Part shown: piece by piece, positions 12,201-26,951 of the stretch
Position numbering within the stretch: position 1 is the first letter of the stretch
Layout: every line of letters starts with the position of its first letter
Position numbers and translations under genes: made by a program
The notes under the pieces: generated by a model
Databases searched by the model: none
Told to the model about the DNA's origin: nothing
What the model saw: the letters and a program-made list of their open reading frames with translations, nothing else
Assembly (NCBI RefSeq): GCF_001194135.2
Contig: NC_069008.1
Coordinates: 17,124,829-17,188,828, forward strand
Reading direction: 5' to 3'
Source of the DNA: Octopus bimaculoides
Taxonomy: Eukaryota
DNA: 64,000 nucleotides

Positions 12201-14740
12201 AGGCTCAAACATCAGGTGTGCAAGGGAGGTGAGTGCATATGAATGAGAAGCTGGGTAAAGAGGTGAGAAAGGATCTATGGGTTTTGGGGCTCACAGAGGG
12301 GATGATAGGGGACTGAGACTCCTGGTGGTTTATTGCACTTCGAAAGACACATCAAGCTAAGTAAAAGCATGATTGCCCTTGTATACAGGCTCATCCTTTG
12401 TAACCCACTCCAGCTGAGCATCCCTAATCTTGCAGGCTTGTAGGGGCTGGGGCCACGTAAAAAAAAGCACCCATACCACTGCTGGGTTTAAGCACCCAGC
12501 ACACTCTGTAAATTGGTTGCCGTTAGGAAGGAGATCCAGCCGTAGAAACCATGCCAAGACAGACATGGAACCTGAACAGCCCTTCAGCTGGTCAGCTCCT
12601 GTCCAACCCATGCCGACATGGAAAACGGACGTTACATGATGATGATGTTCAAACTGGTCAGATCTGGCCTCTCACACCCACCCTACAATGTCATTCTAAA
12701 AAAATAGACAATCACATCATTGGAATCTCAAAGCTAAGAGATTAATTAAATGCACAATTAATTTAAAACAACAAGAATAAATCTGCATTACATTTGACAA
12801 CGTAATCTGGATGCTAAAGGCCTAAATGCCCTTTTTCCAGGAGTTAGAGAATTTGACAGGATCTGATGCATCTAAAGACTGTATTCTGCGCCAATGTCTT
12901 CTTTGGCATGCTTTCTACAATTGGATGTCCTTTCTAATGCCAACCATTTCACAAAGGGTAACAGGGGCTTTTCACACGACACCAGCTCAGCTGATGACTG
13001 GCTCGCCTTGTAACTTGCAAGGCTAAGGGCCTAATGTGGTCCCTGTACCTGAGGGAGAACGAGAGAGAGAGAGAGAGAGATGGGATGATGGTCCTAGCGG
13101 GGAGGGATGAGGGAATAGTAAGAAAGGAGGATGAGGCAAGTATAATAGGGAACAGGGGAGAGGGAAAGGGGTTGCTGACAGGGTTGAGAAGAACAGAGAC
13201 GGAAACAGGACAGAATGGGTCTAGATCTGTCCAACATGGTCAGTGGAAAGATGCGGGGNNNNNNNNNNNNNNNNNNNNNNNNNNNNNNNNNNNNNNNNNN
13301 NNNNNNNNNNNNNNNNNNNNNNNNNNNNNNNGGGGGGGGGGGGGGCGTTGAAGAAAAGTGAGATGATAGTGGGGTGAGCAAAATGGGGAGAAAGTTGTAA
13401 AAAGAAATAAATATTAAAAGGTTAATTCTATATTTAAGAGATGAGGAATAATGTACATTATTTACATTATTTACATTTGACGGATATTTGTCCTCAACAA
13501 ACAAGATGAGGACAAATATCCGTCAAATGTAAATAACGTAAACAATGTAGGTTAATTAGGTTTGAGTTTTATTTGTGAAATACAGTTGTTTTGAAGTGGT
13601 CTATGTTTGTGGTGGGGGCGAGTGAGAGGAGGTGCTAGGAATGAGGCCTGGGTGCCAAGGGGGGTACCATGCTGGCATGGGTTGGATGGTTTGATTGAGG
13701 ACCGGCCAGCCAGGAGGCTATGAGATAATGCAAGAATAATTCAAAACAATGTGAATAAATAAGCATTACATTTTGATGGAGTAATTTGAAGGCTAAACGG
13801 CTAAATACATAAAAAATTCACTTTGAACAAGGACAACAGTCTGATGAAGGAGATAAAAGCAGGAAAAACAGTTTAAAATACTTTTTTATTTTAACCATTT
13901 AACATTTAAACTGGCCATATTGAACTCAAATATTCTATCTGTTTTATATTGAAACCAACCAGATCCAGCCTCTCACACTTACCGTACAATGTCATTCTAA
14001 AATATAAACACTCCCTTCATTGTAATCTCAGAGCTATGAAATAATGCAGGGTGAATTCAAAACACTGTGAATAAAGAAGCATTGCATTTGACGGAGTAAC
14101 CTGGATTCTAAAGCATTAACCAGAGACTGCCATGTATATAGAAACTTCGAAGTTACAGTCAATACTACTCTTGCTAATGAATAATTTATACTCTACCAAA
14201 TGTACTGAGCAACTCACCACCATCATCAACATCATCATCATTTAACGCCCATGGTCCATGCTGGCATGGGTTGGACAGTTTAATCAGGGCTGGTAAGCTG
14301 AGGGGGCTGCACTAGGTTCCGGTCTGATTTGGCATGGCTTCTACGGCTGGATGCCTTTCCTAATGCCCACCACTGTAAAACTGTTTGTATTATAACATAA
14401 AGATAAACACTAATATGGTGTGGCTGTGTGATAAGAAGCTTGCTTTCCAACCACATGGTTCCGGGTTCAATCCCATTGTGTGGCACCCACTATAGCCCCA
14501 GGTCGACCGAAGCCCTGTGAGTAGGTGTCTGTGTCAGTGATTGTCCCCAACTGCTGCCTGAGAACCAGTGTTGGTGTGTTTACATCCTCATAACTTAGTG
14601 GGTCAGCAAGAGTCCGAGAGAATAAATACCAGGCTTACAGAAGACAAGTACTAAGGTCAATTTACTTGACTAGAAGTTCTTCAAGGTGGTGCCCCAGCAT
14701 GGCCAAAGTCTAATGACTGAAACAAGATATATACACACAT

Positions 14741-14772
<32 letters not shown>

Positions 14773-17700
14773 TAAGTTAAACTGATGAATGCATTTAGCA
14801 ATATTTTTAGCCCCACTATTTCAAGATAGGCCCAGCTGAGATCCACCTCCCACCCCAACAAGCCACATTTTTCTCCCTACAGCCAAATAAATGGATCAAC
14901 ACGACTAGTCTCAATACTTATTGACAGCTCATCAGATATTAGTCACAGTCACCCATTTTTCTGTCCACAGAGAGCAGCAGGAGAGGAAAAGAGTGGGTNN
15001 NNNNNNNNNNNNNNNNNNNNNNNNNNNNNNNNNNNNNNNNNNNNNNNNNNNNNNNNNNNNNNNNNNNNNNNNNNNNNNNNNNNNNNNNNNNNNNNNNNNN
15101 NNNNNNNNNNNNNNNNNNNNNNNNNNNNNNNNNNNNNNNNNNNNNNNNNNNNNNNNNNNNNNNNNNNNNNNNNNNNNNNNNNNNNNNNNNNNNNNNNNNN
15201 NNNNNNNNNNNNNNNNNNNNNNNNNNNNNNNNNNNNNNNNNNNNNNNNNNNNNNNNNNNNNNNNNNNNNNNNNNNNNNNNNNNNNNNNNNNNNNNNNNNN
15301 NNNNNNNNNNNNNNNNNNNNNNNNNNNNNNNNNNNNNNNNNNNNNNNNNNNNNNNNNNNNNNNNNNNNNNNNNNNNNNNNNNNNNNNNNNNNNNNNNNNN
15401 NNNNNNNNNNNNNNNNNNNNNNNNNNNNNNNNNNNNNNNNNNNNNNNNNNNNNNNNNNNNNNNNNNNNNNNNNNNNNNNNNNNNNNNNNNNNNNNNNNNN
15501 NNNNNNNNNNNNNNNNNNNNNNNNNNNNNNNNNNNNNNNNNNNNNNNNNNNNNNNNNNNNNNNNNNNNNNNNNNNNNNNNNNNNNNNNNNNNNNNNNNNN
15601 NNNNNNNNNNNNNNNNNNNNNNNNNNNNNNNNNNNNNNNNNNNNNNNNNNNNNNNNNNNNNNNNNNNNNNNNNNNNNNNNNNNNNNNNNNNNNNNNNNNN
15701 NNNNNNNNNNNNNNNNNNNNNNNNNNNNNNNNNNNNNNNNNNNNNNNNNNNNNNNNNNNNNNNNNNNNNAATTATGTGTATTTCTTCTATCTTAATGAAT
15801 AAAAATTCTTCTGATAGAATAAATGGGTTAATAGAAACCAATGTAGCAAAGAACACAAAATAACTGTGGTTTAGTTCCTGTTTTTAAGGCAGGAACTCCT
15901 TGAAATTTTGGGTGAGTATATATATATATATCTACCAATCAACTTGACTCATTCTTTTAATAATTCTGATGAAGGACTGGCATCCGAAAAGTTACAACCC
16001 ATTACTTCTCTTTTTCAGTGCTACACTAAAACTATCTTTCCTAAAACTTGTTCTCATGTTGTCTTCTTTTTGTGCTCGTTGGTTTATATACGTGTTTGTG
16101 CATGAATATGTGTGTATGTGTGTGCGTGCGTGCGTGCGTGTATGTATGAAGGCACATGGCTCAGTGGTTAGAGCATCAGACTCACAATCGTGAGGTAATG
16201 AGTTCGATTCCCAGCTGTATATTGTGTTCTTGAGCAAGACACTTTATTTCATGTTGCTCCAGTTCACTTCAGCTGTAGAAATGCGTTGCAACATCACTGG
16301 TGCCAAGCTGTATTGGCCCCTTTGCCTTTCCCTTGGATAACATCGGTGGCATGAAGAGGGGACGCTGACATGCATGGGCAACTGCTGGTCTTCCATAAAC
16401 AACCTTGCTCAGACTTGTGCCACAAAGGGGAACCTTCTTGGTGCAATCCCATGGTCAGTCATGACCAAAGGGGGTCTTTACCCTTTTACCCTAAGGTGCG
16501 ATCTAAGGGAAATTTGACTGCTATTTGTAGCAAGTCTAGCTACCCTATAAGTCTCCGATATTGCTTCATGCATACACAAGACAATAGAATGTGATGTGAG
16601 AGAAATTTAGCTGCTTTTCCTACCAGCTCTAGCTACAATGTAGAGGTCCCCTTCACTGACTCATACATCCATGCATAAAACAGTAGGATGTGGTATGAGG
16701 GACTTTTCACCACTATTTCTACCAGATAGAGGTCTCCCGCATTGGTTCATACATACAAAAGACAGCTCAGTGTGATTTGAGGGCAATTTGACTGGTATTT
16801 CTACTAAGTCTACCATGTAGAGGTCTCTTTCATCAACTTGTACATATATATTATAGATAAGACAGAGTATTTTTTGAGGGACATTTAGCTGATATTTCTA
16901 ACATGTCTAACTATGTAGAGGCCTCCTTCAATGGCTCATCCATATGATATACATACACATAGTAGTATGTTATGGTCTGAGGGAGATTTGGCTGTTATTT
17001 CTACCAAGCCTAGCTAGCAAGTGCATGCATAAGAGATTGAGGTGCGATTCAAGTGAGACTGGGTTGATTTTTCTGTCAAGTCTAGCTATGACATAAAAAA
17101 AGAGAAGGTGATTCGAGGGAGATTTGGCTGCTATTTCAAACCAACCCATTAGGCTTGTTTCATGTAGAAAGTGAAGTGTGAGAAGTAATGTTTGCTAATT
17201 AATGTTTAGGAAACTCGAAAAAATTCTTCACGAAAGGCAACACAACCCATCTACCCCGTGACAGGAATGAGATTAACCTCAGGCATAAGGGGGGGGGATA
17301 ATGAGGGNNNNNNNNNNNNNNNNNNNNNNNNNNNNNNNNNNNNNNNNNNNNNNNNNNNNNNNNNNNNNNNNNNGGGGGTTGGGGAGAGAACATGTATGCT
17401 TAAATGACCCCAAGTTTCACAGGGACGAGGGCACATGTTTAAAAGACCTGTGTGTGTGTGGTGGTGGGAGAGGGGCAATAGTAAAAAAACAGAGAAATAT
17501 ACAGAGAGAGATAGATAGATATATATATAATATAAATAGATAGATAGAGAGAGAGAGAGAGAACAAATAATGACAACAATAATAAGTATTCGTTAATGGA
17601 ATGACTGAATGAAAAGACACTAATTGGAATATACGGCGGAAAGAGAGGCAGTGAAGAGCATTTTAAGAAAACCTCACCCAATATCATCGTGCTCTGAGGG

Positions 17701-17980
17701 TATGTTGGTGGGCCACATCTCCTGTAAACTGATCAATGAACGGCTAATGTTAGGCCAACGAGGTAGGTAGACGGAAATTCAAGAGGACAGGCCACATGCA
17801 AACATCATCATCATCATCATCAACGTTAACAACAAGGACAACAACAACAACAACAACAACAACAGAAAGAAGAACAAGGTTTTTTTTTAAACAACGGAAA
17901 CACAGAATAGTTGTCATTATTTTAATGGAGACAGGTACAAACTATGTGTGCAGATGTGTGCATGTATGTCTATAAATGTG

Positions 17981-18024
<44 letters not shown>

Positions 18025-18347
18025 CATATATGCTATGTAGGAAGGAAGAGTAAGACCGCAGCTGGTTCCTCATGTAGCATGTAAAACTCTGCAATGCTTA
18101 TTAGCAAATGGAACATGTGTAATGGTGACTATAATATGAAAAAATTTTCAACTTCCTGTATTGTTTTTATAAGCGTTGAAGTGTGTATTGTGAGATACAA
18201 ACAAGATGATAATTTTATTTTCAAACGCATAAACGCTGATAAAAGAGCAGGAATTGGATAAGGTATCCATAAAAAGCAGATGTCATCATATTTGTATCTC
18301 GCAATATACATATATGTATATATATTTGATGTGTGTGTGTGTGTGTA

Positions 18348-18397
<50 letters not shown>

Positions 18398-19337
18398 TAT
18401 ATACATACACACACACAGATTTGCTGGTATATGTCTGCACATATTCATATACATACATGTGTGTGTGTGTGTGTATATACATACGTAAGTGTGTGTATGC
18501 ATGTCTAAATATCCATCATCATAATCGTCACCATTTAATATCTGTCTTCCATGTTGGCATGCGTCAGAATCTAACAATCCAGAGGACAGCACCATGCTCC
18601 AATGTCTGCTTTGGCATGGTTTCTACAGCTGGATGCCCTTCCTAACGCCAACCACTTTACAGAGTGGACTGGGTGCAGTTTCCTTCTTTGCCTACTACAT
18701 CGGATTCCTTTTATAGTCTAGTTTTTTCTCTCAAAATATTTATAATGTCTTTTGTGCACACTTACATTGCACATCCAATGAACCACGCTCACTTCGTTTC
18801 TTTCCAGTCATCTCAAGTTCCCTGCATTCAGGGCCCATGTCTCAATACCATGCAGCATCACAGGGCTAACGTAAGCATCACGCAAACTGCCCCTTCACTC
18901 TGAGGGAAAAAAACCTTTGCTACCAGCAGTGGTAGTAGGTCCATAATTATCCAGTTCTGTCCTATCTCCCAACCGTTGTCCTCTACTGCCGCAACTCAGC
19001 CAAAGAGGATCTTGGCCTTCTAGGCTACTAGTGCTGGTGTAATGAAAGAAGGAAGCACCCAGCACACACGTGAAGTGGTTGGTATTAGGAAGGGTAACCA
19101 GCCCCGGGAAGCAGACACCGGAGCAGAGTACAACTGCTGGACCCTGTTCAACTGCCCTACCCATACCAGCATGGAACAGAGTGAATAATGAAAATGATTA
19201 CATATATATTTGTGTGTGTGTATACACACACACGCACACAAATATATAGACATTTATACATGTACTAATTAAATGTTAGTGTGTGTGTGTGTATACAAAT
19301 ATATGTACTTATTAAATGTGTATGTGTGTGTGCATGA

Positions 19338-19399
<62 letters not shown>

Positions 19400-22300
19400 N
19401 NNNNNNNNNNNNNNNNNNNNNNNNNNNNNNNNNNNNNNNNNNNNNNNNNNNNNNNNNNNNNNNNNNNNNNNNNNNNNNNNNNNNNNNNNNNNNNNNNNNN
19501 NNNNNNNNNNNNNNNNNNNNNNNNNNNNNNNNNNNNNNNNNNNNNNNNNNNNNNNNNNNNNNNNNNNNNNNNNNNNNNNNNNNNNNNNNNNNNNNNNNNN
19601 NNNNNNNNNNNNNNNNNNNNNNNNNNNNNNNNNNNNNNNNNNNNNNNNNNCACACACACACACACGCACACACAAAGGGTGGCTGGGAAAAGAGACAAAA
19701 CGAAATAAAGGCAGTGGAAGACGATCAGGATATATAATGTTGGCTGATGTTTATTTCTATGATGAAGGCCATTCCAGCAGTGACCACCCCATCAGTTTCG
19801 TAATGTCCAGGGCTATACATCATCGCAAGGTTTCCTTCCCTGTTTAATACATTGTGTTGTAGTTTGAGGGAGATTCAGTTATGCTTTCTAGTAGGTCAAG
19901 CTCGTGCATAGAAGCTTCGTTGCTGGCTAGTTGGAATACAATACATGGGGTGAGTATTGGTCAAGGAAAGAAGGGAAATAGGGGACATGGGTGAGATGAG
20001 GGCAGTTTATGAGGGGGGGGACAGGCCAGGGCTGCTAATGACTGGGTCATGGATAGGATAGGACAATTAATAATTAAGGAAAAGGATAATGATTGGGAAA
20101 TAGGACAGAACTGGCACTATTCCATCAGTCACGACGATGATCCAATCAATGGAACAGCCTGCTCGTGAAATTAATGTGCAAGTGGCTGAGTACTCCACAG
20201 ACGCACATACCCTTAATGTAGTTCTGAGGGAGATTCGGTGTGACACAGAAAGTGACGAGGCTGGCCCCTTGTCAATTACAGGTACAACTCATTTTTGGCA
20301 GATGAGTGAACTGGAGTAATGAGCGATAAAGTGTCTTGCTCAAGAACACAATGTGGCGCCAGGAATCGAACTCTCAACCTTATGATTGTGAGCCAAATAT
20401 CCCTAACTACCACGCTACACAACTTCGCAACAGAACAGAACAATTAATGATTAGAAGACAGGGCATGAATGTGAAATAGGACAAAACAATTAATAGGAAA
20501 AAAGGAACAGTTAATGAGTGGGAAATAGGACAAGGCAACTAATGACTGGGGTTGGCGGGGATAAGATAGGACAATTAATAATTAAGAGACAGGACAGAAT
20601 TAATGATTAGAAGACAGGGCAGGACAATTAGTGCAAAATAGGACAAAATAATTAATGATTGAAAAAACAGGACAGGAAAGGACAATGATTCAGGAGACAA
20701 CAATTAATGGTTGGTGGATAGGACAAAAGAGAAACTGAGTGGGATGGAATGCAAAACAATTAACAATGGGGAAACGAGACAGTATAATTAACAAAAGGGA
20801 GACAGGACATTTAACAACTAATAATCAGGAGACAGAACAAGACAATTAACAATCAGGAGACGGCAAGATAATTGGGAATGTGGGAAAGAGGGTAGTTCTT
20901 GATTGGATGCAGGACGGGGGGAAGACGAATTATACGGATGATGTAGAATCTAGGTCTGACATTTTCACAGAATTCTCTAGCTCTGATACTTTCATCAAAG
21001 AAATTGGCATTGTGTTTTGCCCATGTATGCTGTCGTTGAAAAAAGAGGATTAATTTACTGGTGAAAGCTACTCGGTACATTACAAACTTTTCTGGCTAAT
21101 ATATGTAAATTTATATCACAGACTCCTCAGTATATTACAGGTTTCTGCGGCCGATAGGTGTTTATACTTTTTTAGATTCTGATTATTTCTGTGGGAGGTT
21201 TTGGAACGGAAAACCGGCAATAGTCGAGGGATTACTGTATATTTATATTAACTCAATAAAGGATGCGCTCCAAAGATACACGATGCCAGACTCTTCAATA
21301 GCACCATCCTATCAGCGCTCTTATAAACAAGCAAGACATAGGCAAGTATGAAGAGGATAGAACATTCATTGGCTACGACACAAAAGTACATGGAAAAATC
21401 CACCAAGGAATATCATTAAGAGATGTGTTTAAAATGAAATAATTCAAGAATGGAGCAGAGTGAATGATTTGATTGCAGAGTACCAAAAGCACAAGTTCTG
21501 CTGGGCCAGACATGTCACAAGGTTCACAGACAAGAGGTGGACTTGTGCAGTTGCTGAGTGATATCCAAGAGATCAGAACAGGCCACTTGGAAGGCCTCTC
21601 TGATGATGGAAAGATGATTTAGTTAAGCAATTTGGATCGAGATAGAAAAGGATGGTCACAGTGAAGACAGAATTGTAAGCGCATTGTGATCAGTGATGTA
21701 TAACCACACCTATTGGTCTGGTTGATAACTGTGATATTATACAGTGAAACCTTGGTTTACAAATGCCTCCCATCACAAACGAATTGAACAAGTTTTCAAA
21801 AATAAAATGTCTCAGGTTTTGCAATGGTGTCTCGAGTAACCAACACACAAGCCAGCATCAACGGTTGGCAACAAGCTGGGACTACCAGCAAAAGAGTATC
21901 AGTTGCTATCTAGCTTTCACGCAGTACACATCCCTGCTTGAATTCACTAGGCTTTTCTTGAATTTCTTAGGGAAAAAATAGTTTTGGTTTGGGAACATTT
22001 TGGATGACAAACGGCCTTCAGGAACAAATTAGATTTGAAAACTGAAGTTCATCACTATACATCATTGTCTGTAACAGGAGTATGAAATTTATTAATTCTA
22101 GAGACCTTGGTAATATATTATGCCAAGTGATGAAATAGTTGTGAATTACATGAAATTGGGTGAATGTAGATCTGACATTTAACTGACTTAGAAGGTTCTG
22201 GAATTCTTATCTGGAATATTTCTGAATCTTTTCGATTGTTACACCACACTTCCACGGCTAACACACATGAGGGCATTCATATCAAATCTCTCAAGCATGT

Positions 22301-25300
22301 CTGCTAACACATATACATACGCACCAACAGGTACACCAGCATCAGTTGTCAAGCGATGGTAGGGGGGGGGGGACATACACACAAACATACATACATATAT
22401 ATATATACACACACAGACACACATATATACACACACAGGACAGGCTTCTTTCAGTTTCCCTCTACCAAATCCACTCAAAGCTTTGGTTGGGCTGAGGCTA
22501 TGGCAGAAGACACATGCTCAAGGTGCCATGTAGTGGGACTGAACCCGGAACCATGTGGTTGGGAAGCAAGCTACTTACCACACAGCCACTCCTATTTTTT
22601 CTAACTTAAAATCTATTGACTAATTATTAGTAATTTTTACTGACAGAAAAATAAATCATAACGAATTACTTTTCTTTATAAAAATGGTAGTAATTTTACA
22701 GCCTCATCAGATACACACAGACCAAACAGCAGAAATAACATTGCAATAACAAGATAGACATACGAACGTACACATCCAGACAAATACAGAGAAAAACCGT
22801 TAACATAACAGCTAATTAATATGCATGCCCCACAATTCATAGTAAACAATTCCCAATGAAATAATATTCAGGAATGTTTTTAAGAAGTAATGAATAGCAG
22901 TAAAATAAAGAATACTAGCTCAGAGAATCATATTATGGTGAAACTAAAAGTTGTAATGTAATGACAGGATACCCAGTTAACCCCTTCAAACAGCAGACAT
23001 CGTCAATTGGCATTCCAAAATCATTGCATGGATACGTGCATCATAAACTGATGCCCGAGCATCTTCTTTGTTAAATGTGTCACAGCATAAAGGAATTTTA
23101 TCGATGGGAGAAATCAACGCAAACGAAAGGAAGATTAATACAGCGATGATGTATATGTATATACACACACAAACACACAAAGCAGTATTCCTCCTACTAA
23201 CATAGAATGAAAACTTCTTATGAAAGCATGAAATAGTAACATCATCACTAACTTGTTAGTTATGATTAGCACAAGCGAAACCAGTTGACTATGTAAATAT
23301 TTTATTTCATAAAAAATATATTTTGTCCAACAAAATTTCTGTGCATTTTCTTTTTATATTTTTCCCTATGATACACCACGAGGAGAAAAATAAAAAAAAA
23401 ATTATGAAGCTTTCTATATGTGTGTGTGTGTGTGTGTGTGAGTGTGTTTGTTTTTATGTTGAGTTGTAAGAGAAATACTTTCCCATTAAACTGAAGAATT
23501 ACTGAATATATTTTGTAAAATACAAATATATTACACTTTTACAAGAAGAATTGAGACAGAATTCCAAAGTTTCAGACTGCTACACGTTGTCAGATTGTCA
23601 AAGAGTCTGATGAAAGCTAGCAAGCCAAAACTTCGAAGTCACTGCCACCACTCTTCTTGTATACACACACACACACACACAAGTAAGCACAGAAACAAAC
23701 AAGGCGGAAAAAATAGTACTTGAATACCAAAGGAAGAGCAATATACTGTTTATTAAAACCAAAAATCATTTTCACAAATGGTAACTCGAATTTCCATGAG
23801 ACCATTTGCCAGACAGTTGCGATAACAGTGTGTGTGTGTTTTCAGGAGAGTTTTTTATAAACTGTTTAGGTGTATCATCTTACACATGTTTCATTAATAA
23901 CAAGGGCACTCAGAGAGCGCAAACCTCTGCTATGGCAACACCAACGTTCTCTCAACGATTAGCCGGCAATGGTTTTTAAAATGAGGATATCTGAAATAAA
24001 CTCAACTCCTCTCACAAATGAGAATACTAAAAATGAACCCGACCGCTCTCAAAAATTAAGTATAGAAAAACAGAAAAATAATCCAGCATCCTTGTTCGTT
24101 TTAAATGAATAGCATGAGACTTGTTGTTTTAGATCAATGTATAGAATTATGTATCTATGTAAGTATACTATAAAGTGTTAATATGTATGTATAATATATA
24201 AGGGAGATAATCAGAGAAAGATTTGAAAGACTTCATCTAATCCAGAATTTTTGTCCAGTACCGGATCGATCCCAAAATCTAATTAGTTCATGCCAATCAT
24301 GAGGCCAAACATCCCTGAAAGTTTGATCCAAATCCATCCAGCGGTTCTTGAGATATCTTGTCTATGGACAAACTAACAAACAAACATGACTGAGAACAAT
24401 ATCTCTGCCTTCGCTGAGGCGGAGATAATAAAGATATCCCTCACATAAGGAAGACCTCATGAATGGATTGTATGTGCGAGTGTGCATGTATGTAATCAGG
24501 AGTTTGTTTATAAATTGTTTAGGTATATCATCTTACACACGTTTCATTAATAATAAAGATATCCATCATATAAGGGAAACCTCATTATCAAATCTGCAGA
24601 GATTGCGTCACTTCTGCTAGTAACCATTACAATTTTATACTGGCCTCCAGAGAAGTGTTATAGTACCAACAACCATAGCTACAGTGGCCATGCTGGAGCA
24701 CTGCCTTCAAGAATTTTTAGTTAGAAAGATGAATGAATCCCTGTACTTGCTTTTTTTTAAAGTCTGGTATTTATTCTCTTCATCTCTTTTGTCAAAGTGC
24801 TATAATATGGGGATGTAAATAAACCAACACCAGTTGTCAAGCACTGGTGGGGGACAAACACACAAACACACACATATATATATATATATATATGATGGGC
24901 ATCTTTCTGTTTCTGATAACCAAACCCATCTACAAAGCTTTGGTTGGCTAAGTGCTATAGTAGAATACATGTGACCAAGGTACCAAGCAGTGGAACTGAA
25001 CCTGGAACCATGGGGTTGGGAAGTAAACTTCTTACCACAACACCTATACCTCTCTCTCTCTCTTATATACATATATGATGGACTTCTTACAGTTTCTGTC
25101 CACCAAATTCACTCACAGTGAAATTTGGCAGACAGAAACTGTTCTGAAACCTTGTCATGCATAGAGGTGTGTGAGTGTATACGCCTCCTTGTGACATTGC
25201 AAACTGTGCCATAAATGAACGTCATTCATTCCTGATATTCTGTGAAAACATGTCCAGCTATGGGGGAAATATTACTTTGCTCGGAAGAAACAAGGGTTCG

Positions 25301-26900
25301 TGACAGGAAGGGCATCCAGTTGTAGAAGAAAAAAAAAAGAAACCTGCCTCACTACATGCATGGCTACACACGACTGTGATCAGTGATGGAAAAATAGGGG
25401 CCAAGGGTGGGGTGGAGGTGAGGGCAAAAAGGAGAGGTGAAAATAAATGCAGATTGCAGATTTGTGTAACAGGGACACGGCAGTTGCACTGGAAGGGAAG
25501 GGGCCAAAGAGTAAAACCAACAAGTGAATGCTGAAACAAACTGGACACACAGACAGACGACAACGCTGCCATCACTTTCGCTGTCGTTGTTGCTCACTGG
25601 GGTGGGGTGGGGGCTAAGTAAAGTTAGTTTGGAGGGTCAAACTTAAAAGGGTTATGGGTCTTGAAGTGGGAGGAGTGGAGGGTGGGTGGCAGGGGAACCC
25701 ATAACAAATAAAAAGAGAAAAAGAAATACACAAAATTACACATGAGACAAAAAAAACAAACACTGAGGACAAAACAGGGGACGCAACAGAGACAGACAGA
25801 CAGACAGACAGGTAGACAGATGGAGAAAAAAAGGACGACGCCGCCGCCTTCGTTCCGCCAAGATTGTCGTATTCGGTCAGCCAGCCAGCCAGCCCGCCCA
25901 CCCGCCTGTCGGACAACGGAACGATTTAATGGAAAGGGTGGGGGCGTGGGGGGAGAAACGGAGGTGGAGGGGGGTGAACCGGAAATGGAGAGGGAACTTA
26001 GTCGCATCGTAGTTCGGACAGAGTGGAGNNNNNNNNNNNNNNNNNNNNNNNNNNNNNNNNNNNNNNNNNNNNNNNNNNNNNNNNNNNNNNNNNNNNNNNN
26101 NNNNNNNNNNNNNNNNNNNNNNNNNNNNNNNNNNNNNNNNNNNNNNNNNNNNNNNNNNNNNNNNNNNNNNNNNNNNNNNNNNNNNNNNNNNNNNNNNNNN
26201 NNNNNNNNNNNNNNNNNNNNNNNNNNNNNNNNNNNNNNNNNNNNNNNNNNNNNNNNNNNNNNNNNNNNNNNNNNNNNNNNNNNNNNNNNNNNNNNNNNNN
26301 NNNNNNNNNNNNNNNNNNNNNNNNNNNNNNNNNNNNNNNNNNNNNNNNNNNNNNNNNNNNNNNNNNNNNNNNNNNNNNNNNNNNNNNNNNNNNNNNNNNN
26401 NNNNNNNNNNNNNNNNNNNNNNNNNNNNNNNNNNNNNNNNNNNNNNNNNNNNNNNNNNNNNNNNNNNNNNNNNNNNNNNNNNNNNNNNNNNNNNNNNNNN
26501 NNNNNNNNNNNNNNNNNNNNNNNNNNNNNNNNNNNNNNNNNNNNNNNNNNNNNNNNNNNNNNNNNNNNNNNNNNNNNNNNNNNNNNNNNNNNNNNNNNNN
26601 NNNNNNNNNNNNNNNNNNNNNNNNNNNNNNNNNNNNNNNNNNNNNNNNNNNNNNNNNNNNNNNNNNNNNNNNNNNNNNNNNNNNNNNNNNNNNNNNNNNN
26701 NNNNNNNNNNNNNNNNNNNNNNNNNNNNNNNNNNNNNNNNNNNNNNNNNNNNNNNNNNNNNNNNNNNNNNNNNNNNNNNNNNNNNNNNNNNNNNNNNNNN
26801 NNNNNNNNNNNNNNNNNNNNNNNNNNNNNNNNNNNNNNNNNNNNNNNNNNNNNNNNNNNNNNNNNNNNNNNNNNNNNNNNNNNNNNNNNNNNNNNNNNNN

Positions 26901-26951
<51 letters not shown>

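Noticed and set aside
16151-16215. tRNA-like A/B-box sequence
   Set aside because: No complete cloverleaf or acceptor stem; continues into a SINE body and recurs as decayed copies.
22985-23140. Possible CACTA/Mirage-like transposase trace (DARASSLLNVSQHKG)
   Set aside because: Only a short resemblance with an in-frame stop; too weak without a profile search.
25555-25600. Possible micro-exon SNNDSESDGS after ccccag
   Set aside because: No acceptable donor site downstream.
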